Shown here piece by piece: positions 36,402 to 45,817 of a stretch of DNA of 64,000 nt. The stretch covers positions 36,411 to 100,410 of the forward strand of contig PLLF01000111.1 of NCBI GenBank assembly GCA_003140855.1, given 5' to 3'. The position numbers and the translations under genes were made by a program. Source of the DNA: Vulcanimicrobiota bacterium (GTDB lineage Bacteria > Vulcanimicrobiota > Vulcanimicrobiia > Vulcanimicrobiales > Vulcanimicrobiaceae). Within the stretch, counting starts at the first letter, position 1; each line of letters starts with the position of its first letter. Below the pieces are notes generated by a model. It was not told the DNA's origin, made no database searches, and saw nothing but the letters and a program-made list of their open reading frames with translations.

Positions 36402-37168
36402 CCGAAGAGCCCGCTGACTAAGCCGCCGTCGATCGAGATCGTCTGACCCGTAATGTAGCTCGCCGGTTCGCCGCACAAGAATGCCACAAGCGGAGCGAAT
36501 TCCTCCGGCGACGCAAGCCGCCCGATCGGCACTTCTTGGCCGGCGCGTTCCATCGCGGCGTCGTCCTTATACAACTCGCGCAAACGCGCGGTGCGCACGC
36601 GGCCCGTCGCGATTGCATTTACCGTGACTCCCTCGCGTGCGACCTCGACCGAGACGGTCTTGAGCGCCGCGATCAAAGCCGTGCGAAAAATGTTGGAGAG
36701 CGCTAATGTTGCGATCGGCTGTTTCACCGACGTCGATGTCAGCGCAACGATTCTTCCCCAATGCTGCTCGCGCATTGCGGGTAAGACCCCATTTACGAGC
36801 TGCAGCATGCAGCGCAGCGTGTTTTTATATGCCGCATCCCAGTCGGACGCGCCGAGTTGCGTGAACGTGCCGGCTTTCGGTCCGCCGCCGTTTGCAATCA
36901 GAATGTCGATCGAGCCGAAATCCGCACGCACACGTTCGAGCACATCGCGGATCGATGCTTCATCGCCGAGATCGACGCGATAAGGCCGTGCATCGGGCGA
37001 ACCCTGCGCGCGTGCTTCCGCCGCGGCTGTCTCGAGCTCGCTTTCGCGCCGGGCCGCCAAAGCAACGCGCGCGCCCTCACGCGCCAGCGCGATCGCACAG
37101 GCGCGTCCGAGACCCGAACTGGCGCCGGTCACGAGCGCGGCTCGTCCGCGCAACCCCAAATCCATCAC
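36398..37168 (-). CDS. Short-chain dehydrogenase/reductase (FabG-like)
   Basis: TGASSGLG cofactor motif, NGGG and a catalytic region. 256 aa. Confidence 0.85.
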   Translation of the reverse strand: MMDLGLRGRAALVTGASSGLGRACAIALAREGARVALAARRESELETAAAEARAQGSPDARPYRVDLGDEASIRDVLERVRADFGSIDILIANGGGPKAGTFTQLGASDWDAAYKNTLRCMLQLVNGVLPAMREQHWGRIVALTSTSVKQPIATLALSNIFRTALIAALKTVSVEVAREGVTVNAIATGRVRTARLRELYKDDAAMERAGQEVPIGRLASPEEFAPLVAFLCGEPASYITGQTISIDGGLVSGLFG

Positions 37169-37221
37169 CAGCTGGGTTCGCCTCGCGAGGCTCCGGCGCT
37201 TTCAGCTGGAACGCATGCGCG

Positions 37222-37626
37222 ATGCCGAGCAGCGAACCGATCGTCGAGAAACGCACCGAAATCGTCTTTCCGACCGACGTCAACCATTACGGGACGCTTT
37301 TCGGCGGCAAAGCCGTTGCGATGATGGACGTCGTCGCTTCGATCGCGGCTATGCGCGCCGCCCATAAGCCGGTGGTAACCGCTTCGATCGATCGGATCGA
37401 TTTCAAAGAACCGATCCGGCAGGGCGATCTCGTCGAAACGATCGCGCGCGTGGTGAAGATCGGCCGGACGTCGATCACGCTCGAGGTGGAGCTGTGGCGC
37501 GTGCTTGCCGACACCGGCCGGCGCCGTCTCTCGACCGTCGGAAAATTCGTGATGGTCGCGGTCGACCGGCACGGAAAACCGACGCCGGTGGTCAGCGCGA
37601 AGAAACGTTCGTCAGCGCGGCGCTAA
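37222..37626 (+). CDS. Acyl-CoA thioesterase (hotdog fold, YciA/BFIT-like)
   Basis: The ATG at 37222 gives [36 protein letters not shown], typical of 4HBT-type acyl-CoA hydrolases. The upstream part of the track ORF is Arg-rich and discarded. Confidence 0.8.
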   Translation: MPSSEPIVEKRTEIVFPTDVNHYGTLFGGKAVAMMDVVASIAAMRAAHKPVVTASIDRIDFKEPIRQGDLVETIARVVKIGRTSITLEVELWRVLADTGRRRLSTVGKFVMVAVDRHGKPTPVVSAKKRSSARR

Positions 37627-38376
37627 TCTGATCGCGCCATCAAGGCGGATTACCTCGCCGTTGAGATATTGATTCTCGACGATATGGTGCGCCAGCCGCG
37701 CGTATTCGTCCGGACTACCTAACCGCGGCGGAAACGGCGTTTGCTTGCCAAGCGACTCGCGCGCGGCTTCGGGAAGCCCGGCCAGCATCGGCGTGTCGAA
37801 GATGCCCGGCGCGATGCTCATCACGCGAATCTGATGCTGCGCGAACTCGCGCGCGATCGGCAACGTCATACCGGCGACCCCGCCCTTGGAGGCCGAGTAT
37901 GCAGCTTGGCCGATCTGGCCGTCGAACGCCGCGACCGACGCCGTGCAAATGAAGACGCCGCGGTCTTCGCCCGATTCGACCGCGCGTTTGATCATCTCCG
38001 CAGCCGCGATGCGTATGACGTTGAATGTGCCGATGAGATTGATATTGACGACTTTGGTGAAATGATCGAGCGGCTGAGGCCCGTCGCGCCCGACGACGCG
38101 TTCGGCCGTCGCGATGCCCGCGCAGTTGATCGCGCCGTGCAGGTTGCCGAATTCGCGCAGCGCGAGGTCGACGGCCGCGCGTACGTCTTTCTCCGCGGTA
38201 ACGTCGGTGCGTGCAAAACGCACGCTCTTGCCAGCGTCTTGGGCGACCTTGGCGCCGTGCTCGTTGACGTCGGCGATGACGACGTTCGCGCCGCTCGCCA
38301 CGAACTCGCGCACGCAGGCGGCGCCGAGTCCCGACGCGCCCCCGGTTATAAGGAAGGTTTTTTGTGCAAGTTCCAT
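37612..38376 (-). CDS. SDR, 3-hydroxyacyl-CoA dehydrogenase type-2-like
   Basis: [17 protein letters not shown] and [12 protein letters not shown] (YxxxK) motifs. 254 aa. Confidence 0.85.
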   Translation of the reverse strand: MELAQKTFLITGGASGLGAACVREFVASGANVVIADVNEHGAKVAQDAGKSVRFARTDVTAEKDVRAAVDLALREFGNLHGAINCAGIATAERVVGRDGPQPLDHFTKVVNINLIGTFNVIRIAAAEMIKRAVESGEDRGVFICTASVAAFDGQIGQAAYSASKGGVAGMTLPIAREFAQHQIRVMSIAPGIFDTPMLAGLPEAARESLGKQTPFPPRLGSPDEYARLAHHIVENQYLNGEVIRLDGAIRLAPR

Positions 38377-38417
38377 AGGAAGCGGCAGCTTTAGACGCCG
38401 CGGCCGGGAAACCCGGG

Positions 38418-38447
38418 TTGCGCCGCCCGCGGGCGCGGTGGTATGAT
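38418..38447 (+). promoter_or_regulatory. Candidate sigma-70-type promoter for rpsO
   Basis: TTGCGC (38418-38423), 18-nt spacer, TATGAT (38442-38447), about 72 nt upstream of the rpsO GTG. The leader contains GC-rich hairpins. Prediction by eye only. Confidence 0.3.
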
Positions 38448-38519
38448 TCCCCGGTCGCCCGGACGGGTCAACCCGGCCTGTACCGAAGCGAGCCTATCCT
38501 TGAATGAGGAGCTCTATTC

Positions 38520-38789
38520 GTGCCAATCACAAAAGATCAGAAATCCGAGCTGGCGGCCAAGTATGGCCGGTCGGCAGCCGACACCGGCTCGGCCGACGTC
38601 CAGATCGCGATCCTCACGGCCTCGATCAACAAGCTGAACGAGCATCTGAAGGATCACAAGAAAGATCACCACAGCCGCCGCGGATTGTACCTTCAAATCG
38701 GGCAGCGCCGCCGTCTGCTGAGTTACCTACAGCACAAAGACTTGGATCGCTATCGCAAACTGATCAACGAGCTCGGCCTTCGCCGCTGA
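38520..38789 (+). CDS. rpsO: 30S ribosomal protein S15
   Basis: 89 aa: [34 protein letters not shown]...RRRLLSYL is the canonical S15 sequence. GTG start after GAGGAG. Confidence 0.95.
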   Translation: MPITKDQKSELAAKYGRSAADTGSADVQIAILTASINKLNEHLKDHKKDHHSRRGLYLQIGQRRRLLSYLQHKDLDRYRKLINELGLRR

Positions 38790-38792
38790 CGA

Positions 38793-39413
38793 TCACCAGC
38801 TCTTGGTGATTGTAAACCGGTATATCCGCACGAGCTGACTTCCGGTAAAACCGTCAATGCGCAGCGGCAATTGCGTATTCTGCGCGAGGTAGAGCACCTC
38901 GCGCGTCATGCCGTTGTCTTGTGCAGGATTGGCGACGTTCAGCGTCACCGCTATCACGGGAGCGCCGTTCAGCTTGGTCGAGCCGCTCGACAGCGTGCCG
39001 GCGGTTTGTTGGGCATGCGCTAGTATGCCGGCAAAGCTCAAATCCGAAACGGAGTAGCTGCGCAACGACGTTACCAGCGGATCGTTCAAGCTGACGGTTT
39101 TGCCCATCGTGATTCCGAACGCGCCGCTTTTCGAGGCACGTACGGTCGAGCCGCCCGTCCACGTAACCGTTGCTCCCGCGTTCGGTCCCTGGTTGACGTG
39201 CATGGTGACCGACGCCGGTTTGGTAAAGCTGTACGCGAACACGGCATGTTCCGAGTTGCTTCCTTTGACTTCGTAGAGTTGAATCGTCGCGTTATAGCCG
39301 TGCAGATCCGACCATGCTTCTGCTAATTGATCGAGCGGCTTGCCAGTCGCGGCGAGCGCCGTTGTAAAACTAAGAACGAAGGCGATAGACGCCAAAAAAG
39401 ACGCAATTTTCAT
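38793..39413 (-). CDS. Hypothetical secreted protein, possibly LolA-like / lipoprotein-sorting fold
   Basis: The ATG at 39413 gives a signal peptide MKIASFLASIAFVLSFTTALA. The 206-aa sequence has a beta-rich pattern. The fold assignment is a guess. Confidence 0.4.
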   Translation of the reverse strand: MKIASFLASIAFVLSFTTALAATGKPLDQLAEAWSDLHGYNATIQLYEVKGSNSEHAVFAYSFTKPASVTMHVNQGPNAGATVTWTGGSTVRASKSGAFGITMGKTVSLNDPLVTSLRSYSVSDLSFAGILAHAQQTAGTLSSGSTKLNGAPVIAVTLNVANPAQDNGMTREVLYLAQNTQLPLRIDGFTGSQLVRIYRFTITKSW

Positions 39414-39474
39414 AGGTCGGTCTGGTTCTTGGCCAGGCGGGCGGAGCCTTCGACCGCATGCCGAAGCCGACGTG

Positions 39475-40875
39475 ATGATCGCCGCTAAAACGCCGCGCGA
39501 ATTGACCTTTGCCGACGTTACAGCCGACACTGGCCCAACCGGGCTCAGGGTCGAAGGAACTATTCCGGATTGGCTGCACGGCTCGTTCGTGCGCAACGGA
39601 TCGGCGCGCTACAGCTTCGGCCCGGTCGAGCTCCGCCACTGGTTTGACGGCATGGCGTTCTTGCAGCGTTTTGCATTCTCAAACTCGCAGGTCAATTACA
39701 CGAGCCGCTTCATCCGCAGCGACAGCTACCGCGCGGCGCTCGAAGGCCGCGCCGAGTATCAAAGCTTCGCTACTCCGGCCGCCCGTTCGCTAAGCTCGTG
39801 GCTAGCCGGCCTCGCGCTGAGCAACCTCACCGACAACACGAACGTCAACGTCGTCCGGTATGGCGAATCGTGCGTAGCATTAACGGAAGTCGGGCTGCCG
39901 CGCTGCTTCGATCCCCAAACACTCGACACGCTGGCTCCGCTAAAATTCAACGACGACCTCGGCCTCGGGCCAACGACGGCGCATCCGGTGCGCTGCGGCG
40001 ACGCATGGGTGAACTACACGCTGAAGCTCGGGCTTCACAACGAGTACGTCGTATGGCGCATGTCAGCAAACGGAGCGCGTGAAGTGCTGGCGCGCATTCC
40101 CAGCAAACGTCCGGCATACGTCCACAGCATCGGCGCGAGCGCGCGGTATGCGGTGCTGATCGAATATCCTTACCGTTTCGATCCGATCGCGATGCTGCTG
40201 CAAGCCAAACCGTTCATCGAGAATTTTCAGTGGAACGGCGGCGAATCGCTGATCCACCTGATCCACCTCAAGGGCGAAGCGGCGCCGGTAACGTGCGCCG
40301 CCGAACCGTTCTTCTGCTTCCACCACGTGAGCACGTTCGACGACGGCGACAGCGTCGTCATCGATCTCGTCGGCTACGACGACGCCTCGATCGTCACCGA
40401 TCTGTATCTCGACCGCGTGTGTGAAACCGCGCCGGCCGCGCCGGGCTTGTCGCTGCGGCGTTATCGTGCACCGCTCAACGGACAGGATGCCGATCGTCAA
40501 ACACTTCTGAATGCGCGGATCGAGCTGCCGCGTGTCGACGTGCGTGCGGAGCGGCCACGCTATGTCTATGCGCCGCGCATGGGCGTGGGCGAATCTTTTA
40601 CCGACGGTATTCTGCAGATCGACACCGCATCGGCGGCGCAGCGCGTGTGGGAACGGCCGGATGAATCGCCGGGCGAAGCGATCTTCGTTCCGAAACCGGG
40701 GAGCACCGGCGAAACGGACGGCGTCGTGCTCTTCGTGGCGCTCAACGCGCGCGAGCAGCGCTCGGCGCTGGTGGTGCTAGACGCGGCGACGTTTGAAGAA
40801 CGCGCGCGCGCCTGGGCGCCTGCGATGCTGCCGATCGGATTTCACGGACAGTTTTGGAGCGCTACTGAACGATAA
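39475..40875 (+). CDS. Carotenoid/apocarotenoid cleavage oxygenase (RPE65/CCD family)
   Basis: The N-terminal motif GTIPDWLHGSFVRNG and four spaced His contexts (TAHPV, VHSIG, FHHVS, GFHGQF) fit the 4-His iron site. ATG at 39475. Confidence 0.85.
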   Translation: MIAAKTPRELTFADVTADTGPTGLRVEGTIPDWLHGSFVRNGSARYSFGPVELRHWFDGMAFLQRFAFSNSQVNYTSRFIRSDSYRAALEGRAEYQSFATPAARSLSSWLAGLALSNLTDNTNVNVVRYGESCVALTEVGLPRCFDPQTLDTLAPLKFNDDLGLGPTTAHPVRCGDAWVNYTLKLGLHNEYVVWRMSANGAREVLARIPSKRPAYVHSIGASARYAVLIEYPYRFDPIAMLLQAKPFIENFQWNGGESLIHLIHLKGEAAPVTCAAEPFFCFHHVSTFDDGDSVVIDLVGYDDASIVTDLYLDRVCETAPAAPGLSLRRYRAPLNGQDADRQTLLNARIELPRVDVRAERPRYVYAPRMGVGESFTDGILQIDTASAAQRVWERPDESPGEAIFVPKPGSTGETDGVVLFVALNAREQRSALVVLDAATFEERARAWAPAMLPIGFHGQFWSATER

Positions 40876-41890
40876 AGCCCGTGATCGGCTCGTTGGATAA
40901 GTCAGAGTAGACGATCGTTCCGCCGCCCGTGCCATCCACGCCGAACGTGCTTGCGGTTACGCCGTTGCTGATCTGAACGACGGATCCCAGCGTATTACCG
41001 AACGGTCCTCCGGTCATGCTCGCGTTCGCGCCCGCATCGGCGGTGAGGTCGCCGAGCGATATCCCGATCGCCGTTGCCAGGTTAAACGGACCGGTCGTCA
41101 CCGAAAAGTTTCCGGTGTCATTGATGAGGGGACTCCCGCCGCCGGTGATCGTCCAGGCGGTTGCGCCGGAAGGCGAGAGCGTCATCGCGTTCAGCCCCGA
41201 CAAATATGCCTTGAGCGCGGCGCCCCCGAAGTTGGTGTTGCCGCTCTGCGTTCCGTTGAATGTAAACGTGTTACCGAATTCGGTGTTGAGGAACGACACA
41301 TTTTGTATCCCGCCAAAACCGCATGTGTTCGCGCTCCCCGTGACGCTGCAGCTCAATCCGAACGACCCGATCGCTGGAGCAGATGGGCTGGGCGCTGCCG
41401 TCCCCGTCGCGCTAAACGATGTGGTCGTGCCGCTCTTGGTCACAGTGCCGCTGAGCGTGTTGTAGCCGACGACCGCGCCGGCCGGCGTCGTGAACGTCGC
41501 GGTGCCGCCCAGTGTTGAAGTCGTTGGCGAGCTCTGGGTTTGGATGATGACAACGTGCGCTAGTATTTTCGTGCACACGGGATCGTAGAACAGATCGATG
41601 GTCGTTGTGATCGTCGTGGGGCCCGAGACGATCGAAACTCTGACGCCATTGTTGCAAACCGGTAACGTATTGGCTCCGCCAAACGCCTGACTCGTGCCGT
41701 TACCGAGGATCAACGTGAGAATGCCGACGCCGAACTCCGCAGCCAGTGCCGCCTGCGCCGCATTGCGCTGCGTCGCGATCGACAGGGTCGTTTTCGGCGG
41801 CGCCGGCGGCGCCGTTCCCGTTCCCGTGCACGCGGAAAGTGCAAACGCCAGCGTGCAAATGCACGCAGAAAAACGGCTCATACTCAGCAT
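40862..41890 (-). CDS. Hypothetical Thr/Ser/Gly-rich lipoprotein
   Basis: ATG 41890 (or 41881) gives a signal peptide with lipobox LSAC. The beta-rich low-complexity body matches no family I recognise. Confidence 0.45.
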   Translation of the reverse strand: MLSMSRFSACICTLAFALSACTGTGTAPPAPPKTTLSIATQRNAAQAALAAEFGVGILTLILGNGTSQAFGGANTLPVCNNGVRVSIVSGPTTITTTIDLFYDPVCTKILAHVVIIQTQSSPTTSTLGGTATFTTPAGAVVGYNTLSGTVTKSGTTTSFSATGTAAPSPSAPAIGSFGLSCSVTGSANTCGFGGIQNVSFLNTEFGNTFTFNGTQSGNTNFGGAALKAYLSGLNAMTLSPSGATAWTITGGGSPLINDTGNFSVTTGPFNLATAIGISLGDLTADAGANASMTGGPFGNTLGSVVQISNGVTASTFGVDGTGGGTIVYSDLSNEPITGFIVQ

Positions 41891-41999
41891 GCGTCCCGGG
41901 TTCCGCCGCCGCGCGCAATGACCTGTGAAGGTCACCGAACTCCAGGTATTGTAAGCCCTTTGGCCTAGCGTTTCGCTCATAACGAATCGGAGGACTTAC

Positions 42000-42341
42000 A
42001 TGGTTACTCGGTTGCGTCACGTTACCGTCGTGCAGTTCGCGCTGGTCGTGGCCGTACTCTACGCGCTGATCGGCATACTGCTCGGACTCGTGTGGTGGCT
42101 CGTTCTCAGCCCGATCATGATCGCCGGCATGAAGACCGGCATGGGATCCAACGCGGGCACGCCCGCGGCATTCGCCGCGCTCAGCGCCATCGGGATCTTT
42201 GCCGTGATCTTCTTTCCGATCATGTATGGGATCATCGGTTTCATTGCGGGCCTGATCTATGCCGCGCTCTACAATCTTGTGGCCGGTTGGACCGGCGGGA
42301 TCGAGATGCGGCTCGAGCAGGTTCCGGTCGCGACGGTCTAG
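42000..42341 (+). CDS. Hypothetical small membrane protein
   Basis: 113 aa with three predicted TM helices (Gly/Ile-rich). ATG start. Confidence 0.4.
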   Translation: MVTRLRHVTVVQFALVVAVLYALIGILLGLVWWLVLSPIMIAGMKTGMGSNAGTPAAFAALSAIGIFAVIFFPIMYGIIGFIAGLIYAALYNLVAGWTGGIEMRLEQVPVATV

Positions 42342-43340
42342 CTACTTGCGGGCGATAGCGCGGCGCACGGCCGCCTCGATCGCCACGGCACCCATCCCGT
42401 AATGCTCGATCAGTTCGGCTGGATCGCCGGACTGCCCAAATTGATCGTGAACGCCGACGAACTCTACCGGCGCCGGACGGCGCTGCGCTAAAATTTCGGC
42501 GACGCGCGAGCCCATGCCGCCGAAAACTTGGTGCTCTTCTACCGTGACGACGGCGCCGCAGCGCTCCGCAGCTGCCACGATCGTTTCTTCGTCCATCGGT
42601 TTGATCGTGTGGTTGTTGATGACCATGCAGTCGATGCCGTGCTTAGCCAGCGTCTGCGCTGCGATCAGGGCGTTGTACACGAGTATGCCGCAGACCACGA
42701 TGGCGACATCGCGCCCTTCGCGAAAGATCTGCGCCTTACCGAGCTCGAACGGCGTCTCTTCGGTCGTGACGACCGGCGTTTTCTCCCGGCCGAAACGCAA
42801 GTATACCGGCCCGGTCATCTCGGCCACGGCCAGCGTTGCTTTCTTCGTTTGAATCGAATCGCACGGCACCACGACGGTCATATGCGGGATGCAGCGCATG
42901 ATCGCGATATCCTCGATCGCCTGGTGCGTCGCGCCGTCCGGCCCGACCGAAACGCCGGCGTGCGCGCCGGCAATCTTGACGTTCGTTTCGTTCAGCGCCA
43001 TCGTGGTGCGGACTTGCTCCCAGGAGCGGCCCGGATTGAACATCGCATAGCTTGCGATGAACGGAATCTTTCCGGCGCTGGCGAGTCCGGCCGCCATCGC
43101 CACGAGCAGCTGCTCGGAGACGCCTATCTCGATATATTGATCCGGCAGCGCCTCCTTGAAGCCGAGCATGCGCGTGGATTCCGAAAGGTCGGCGCAGATC
43201 GCGATCACGTTGCGGTTGCGTTTGCCTGCATCGACGACGCCTTCGCCGAATCCGTTGCGGGTCGGAACCTGCTTGACGTTCGCCGGATCTTTCAGCTCGG
43301 CCAGCCGCATCGCCGCGACACCGTCGAGCGCGCTAGCCAT
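42342..43340 (-). CDS. Transketolase, C-terminal (pyrimidine-binding) subunit
   Basis: 332 aa: FGEGVVDAG, IEIGVSEQ and GATHQAIEDIA motifs. Split-type transketolase. Confidence 0.9.
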   Translation of the reverse strand: MASALDGVAAMRLAELKDPANVKQVPTRNGFGEGVVDAGKRNRNVIAICADLSESTRMLGFKEALPDQYIEIGVSEQLLVAMAAGLASAGKIPFIASYAMFNPGRSWEQVRTTMALNETNVKIAGAHAGVSVGPDGATHQAIEDIAIMRCIPHMTVVVPCDSIQTKKATLAVAEMTGPVYLRFGREKTPVVTTEETPFELGKAQIFREGRDVAIVVCGILVYNALIAAQTLAKHGIDCMVINNHTIKPMDEETIVAAAERCGAVVTVEEHQVFGGMGSRVAEILAQRRPAPVEFVGVHDQFGQSGDPAELIEHYGMGAVAIEAAVRRAIARK

Positions 43341-44190
43341 GCGCGAGGATCCGTTCGCGCTCTGCTTCCAGCTCGCGCAATGCCTGATCGGCTTGTTCTT
43401 TATTCGGGGGCTTGCCGTGCCACGTGTAATCGCCCTCCATATAACTGACGCCCTTGCCGGGCACCGTGTGCGCGATGATGACGCTCGGTTTCCCCTTCAC
43501 GGCTTTGGCTTTCTCGATCGTCTCGGCAACTTGCGCTATATCGTTGCCGTCGCACTCGAAGACTTCCCAATTAAACGCACGGTACTTGTCGGCAAAGGGT
43601 TCCAGCGGCATGACGTCTTCGGTACTTCCGTCGATCTGAATGAAGTTTCGATCGACGATCGCGATCAAGTTGTCGAGCTTGAACTTGGCAGCCGTCATCG
43701 CGGCTTCCCAATGCAGCCCGCACTGATGCTCGGCATCCGACGTCACCACGTACACGCGCCAGCTCTTGCCGTCCATTTTCGCCGCCAGCGCCATGCCGGT
43801 GCCCTGCGCCAATCCCTCTCCGAGCGGTCCCGACGTCGTTTCGACGGCCGGCAGACGCACGCGCTCGGGATGTCCTTGCAAGCGCGTTCCGAACTTGCGC
43901 AGCGTCAGCAGTTCTTCGACCGGAAAGTATCCGCCATACGCCATCGCGCTGTAACGAACCGGCGCGATGTGCCCGCACGAAAGCAGCAAACGATCGCGAT
44001 CGTCCCATTCGGGTTCGGCGGGTTTGTGACGCAACACGTGCTCGTAGAGCACCGTGAAGACGTCGGCCATATCTAACGGCCCCGCCGAATGTCCTGACCC
44101 GGCCGCAAGCAGCGCGCGGATGATTCCCTCGCGCACGCGGTTGGCGTGGACTTTCAGTTCGGTAAGACGTTGCGGAGTCAGCGTCGGCAT
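43333..44190 (-). CDS. Transketolase, N-terminal (TPP-binding) subunit
   Basis: 285 aa: GSGHSAGPLDMADV, SCGH and GPLGEGLAQG motifs. 8-nt overlap with the C-terminal subunit gene. Confidence 0.9.
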   Translation of the reverse strand: MPTLTPQRLTELKVHANRVREGIIRALLAAGSGHSAGPLDMADVFTVLYEHVLRHKPAEPEWDDRDRLLLSCGHIAPVRYSAMAYGGYFPVEELLTLRKFGTRLQGHPERVRLPAVETTSGPLGEGLAQGTGMALAAKMDGKSWRVYVVTSDAEHQCGLHWEAAMTAAKFKLDNLIAIVDRNFIQIDGSTEDVMPLEPFADKYRAFNWEVFECDGNDIAQVAETIEKAKAVKGKPSVIIAHTVPGKGVSYMEGDYTWHGKPPNKEQADQALRELEAERERILAHG

Positions 44191-44233
44191 ACCAGGCCGT
44201 AGATACCCGCCTTCGCCGGAGTATCCTCGTTAC

Positions 44234-45148
44234 TTATTCTTCGATGGAAGGCAGGCGCACGACGAATTCGGCGCCGCCGGCCTGCCCGTCGCGCACGAAT
44301 GCATCGCCTTCATGCGCGCGCGCGATCCATTTCACCAGCGCCAATCCCAGGCCGCTGCCCTGTGCGTCGGCGCTGACGGCCCGTTCGAAGATGCGCTCGC
44401 GGTACGCGCCGTCAACGGCTTCGCCGTCGTTGGAAACGATCAGGTCGACGGAGCGCCCGTTCTTGTGCGAATCGACCACAATCCGGGTGCGCGCGTGCCG
44501 CAAAGCGTTCTCCAGCAGATTGCGGAGCAGCTCGCGCAAGCGGTGCTCGTCGCCGTTGACGATCGCGCTTTGCGCGCGGTTGTCGATCGCCAAACCGCGC
44601 TGCGCCGCCCTGGCCTCGAATTCTTTGGAGATGCTGCGCGCGAGCACCGCGACGTCCACGGGCTCGAGCTGCAGCAAACGAGAAACGGCCGGCCTTGAAA
44701 GCGTCAGCAATTCGCCCACCGTTTGCGAAGCATCCAGCGCGGCTTGCGTGATCGTGTCGAAGTCTTGCGCGTACCGTTCGGGTGCGTCCGGTTTGGCAGC
44801 TTGCGACACGGCCGCGATCGTTGCCAGTGGCGAGCGCAATCGATGCGCGGCGTCCGCGGCGAACTCCCGCTCGCGCTCACGCGCTGCGATCAGTGGTGCA
44901 AGTGAAGAGCGCGCGAGCAGCCAGGAAGCGCCGCCCACGATTGCCAGCAGCGGAAGATCGAAACTGAGGATCGTCAGCAACACGGCCGTCATGGCCTTGC
45001 GATAAGCCACGGCAGCTTCGGGCGTGCCGATCGCCGGCTGCAGCAGCGCTAAATACTCGCGCGACATGAACACGTACGCGCCCGCGCTGAGCAGCGCCAG
45101 CACGATCGCGAATACCAAGAGATACCGGAGCGCGAGGCGCGCGATCAC
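44234..45148 (-). CDS. Sensor histidine kinase (two TM helices, short outer loop, HisKA + HATPase_c)
   Basis: H-box AADAAHRLRSPLATI, N-box LLRNLLENALRHA, and G-boxes DGEAVD / GSGLGLALV. Confidence 0.85.
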   Translation of the reverse strand: MIARLALRYLLVFAIVLALLSAGAYVFMSREYLALLQPAIGTPEAAVAYRKAMTAVLLTILSFDLPLLAIVGGASWLLARSSLAPLIAAREREREFAADAAHRLRSPLATIAAVSQAAKPDAPERYAQDFDTITQAALDASQTVGELLTLSRPAVSRLLQLEPVDVAVLARSISKEFEARAAQRGLAIDNRAQSAIVNGDEHRLRELLRNLLENALRHARTRIVVDSHKNGRSVDLIVSNDGEAVDGAYRERIFERAVSADAQGSGLGLALVKWIARAHEGDAFVRDGQAGGAEFVVRLPSIEE

Positions 45149-45813
45149 GCTTCCAACTTATATCCTACGCCCCACACCGTGTGGATCACGTCGCCGGCGC
45201 CGGCGCGTTTGAGCTTGCGCCGCAACTGACTCACGTACACGTCCACGATGTTGGTCGAACCCTCGAAGTCGTAATCCCACAGGTGCTCGAGCAGCCGTTC
45301 CCGCGAGAACGCGATGCCCGCATTGCGCGCGAAGAATTCGAGCATCCGGAACTCGGTCGAGCCCAGCGGCAAACGTTTTCCGGCCACGGTCGCTTCGCGT
45401 CCGGCCGCATCGATCTCGAGCGGCCCCGCTCGCAGCGTGTCGCTCACCGGCCGGTCGGCACGTCGCGTTACGGCGCGCAAGCGCGCGAAAAGCTCTTCTT
45501 CCATGAAAGGCTTCACGAGATAATCGTCGGCGCCGCAGTCCAGTCCGCGCACGCGATCCTCGACCGCGTCGAGCGCGGTCAGCATCAATATCGGCGTATG
45601 AATTCCTTCGGCGCGCGCGGCTTCCACCAGCGCGAAACCGTCGCGCTTAGGAAGCACGACGTCGACGATCGCCGCATCATAGCGCTGACGCAGCAAATAT
45701 TCCAGACCCGCTTCTCCGTCCGCGGCGAGATCGACGGCGTATTTTCGCCGTTCGAGCATCGTGCGCACGGCCGCAGCGATCGAGGCGTTGTCCTCGATCA
45801 CCAGTATCCTCAT
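45145..45813 (-). CDS. OmpR-family response regulator
   Basis: Receiver domain (MRILVIEDN, DAAIVDVVLP, the phospho-Asp context) plus a winged-helix C-terminus (VYVSQLRRKL...TVWGVGYKLE). Confidence 0.9.
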   Translation of the reverse strand: MRILVIEDNASIAAAVRTMLERRKYAVDLAADGEAGLEYLLRQRYDAAIVDVVLPKRDGFALVEAARAEGIHTPILMLTALDAVEDRVRGLDCGADDYLVKPFMEEELFARLRAVTRRADRPVSDTLRAGPLEIDAAGREATVAGKRLPLGSTEFRMLEFFARNAGIAFSRERLLEHLWDYDFEGSTNIVDVYVSQLRRKLKRAGAGDVIHTVWGVGYKLEA

Positions 45814-45817
45814 GGCC

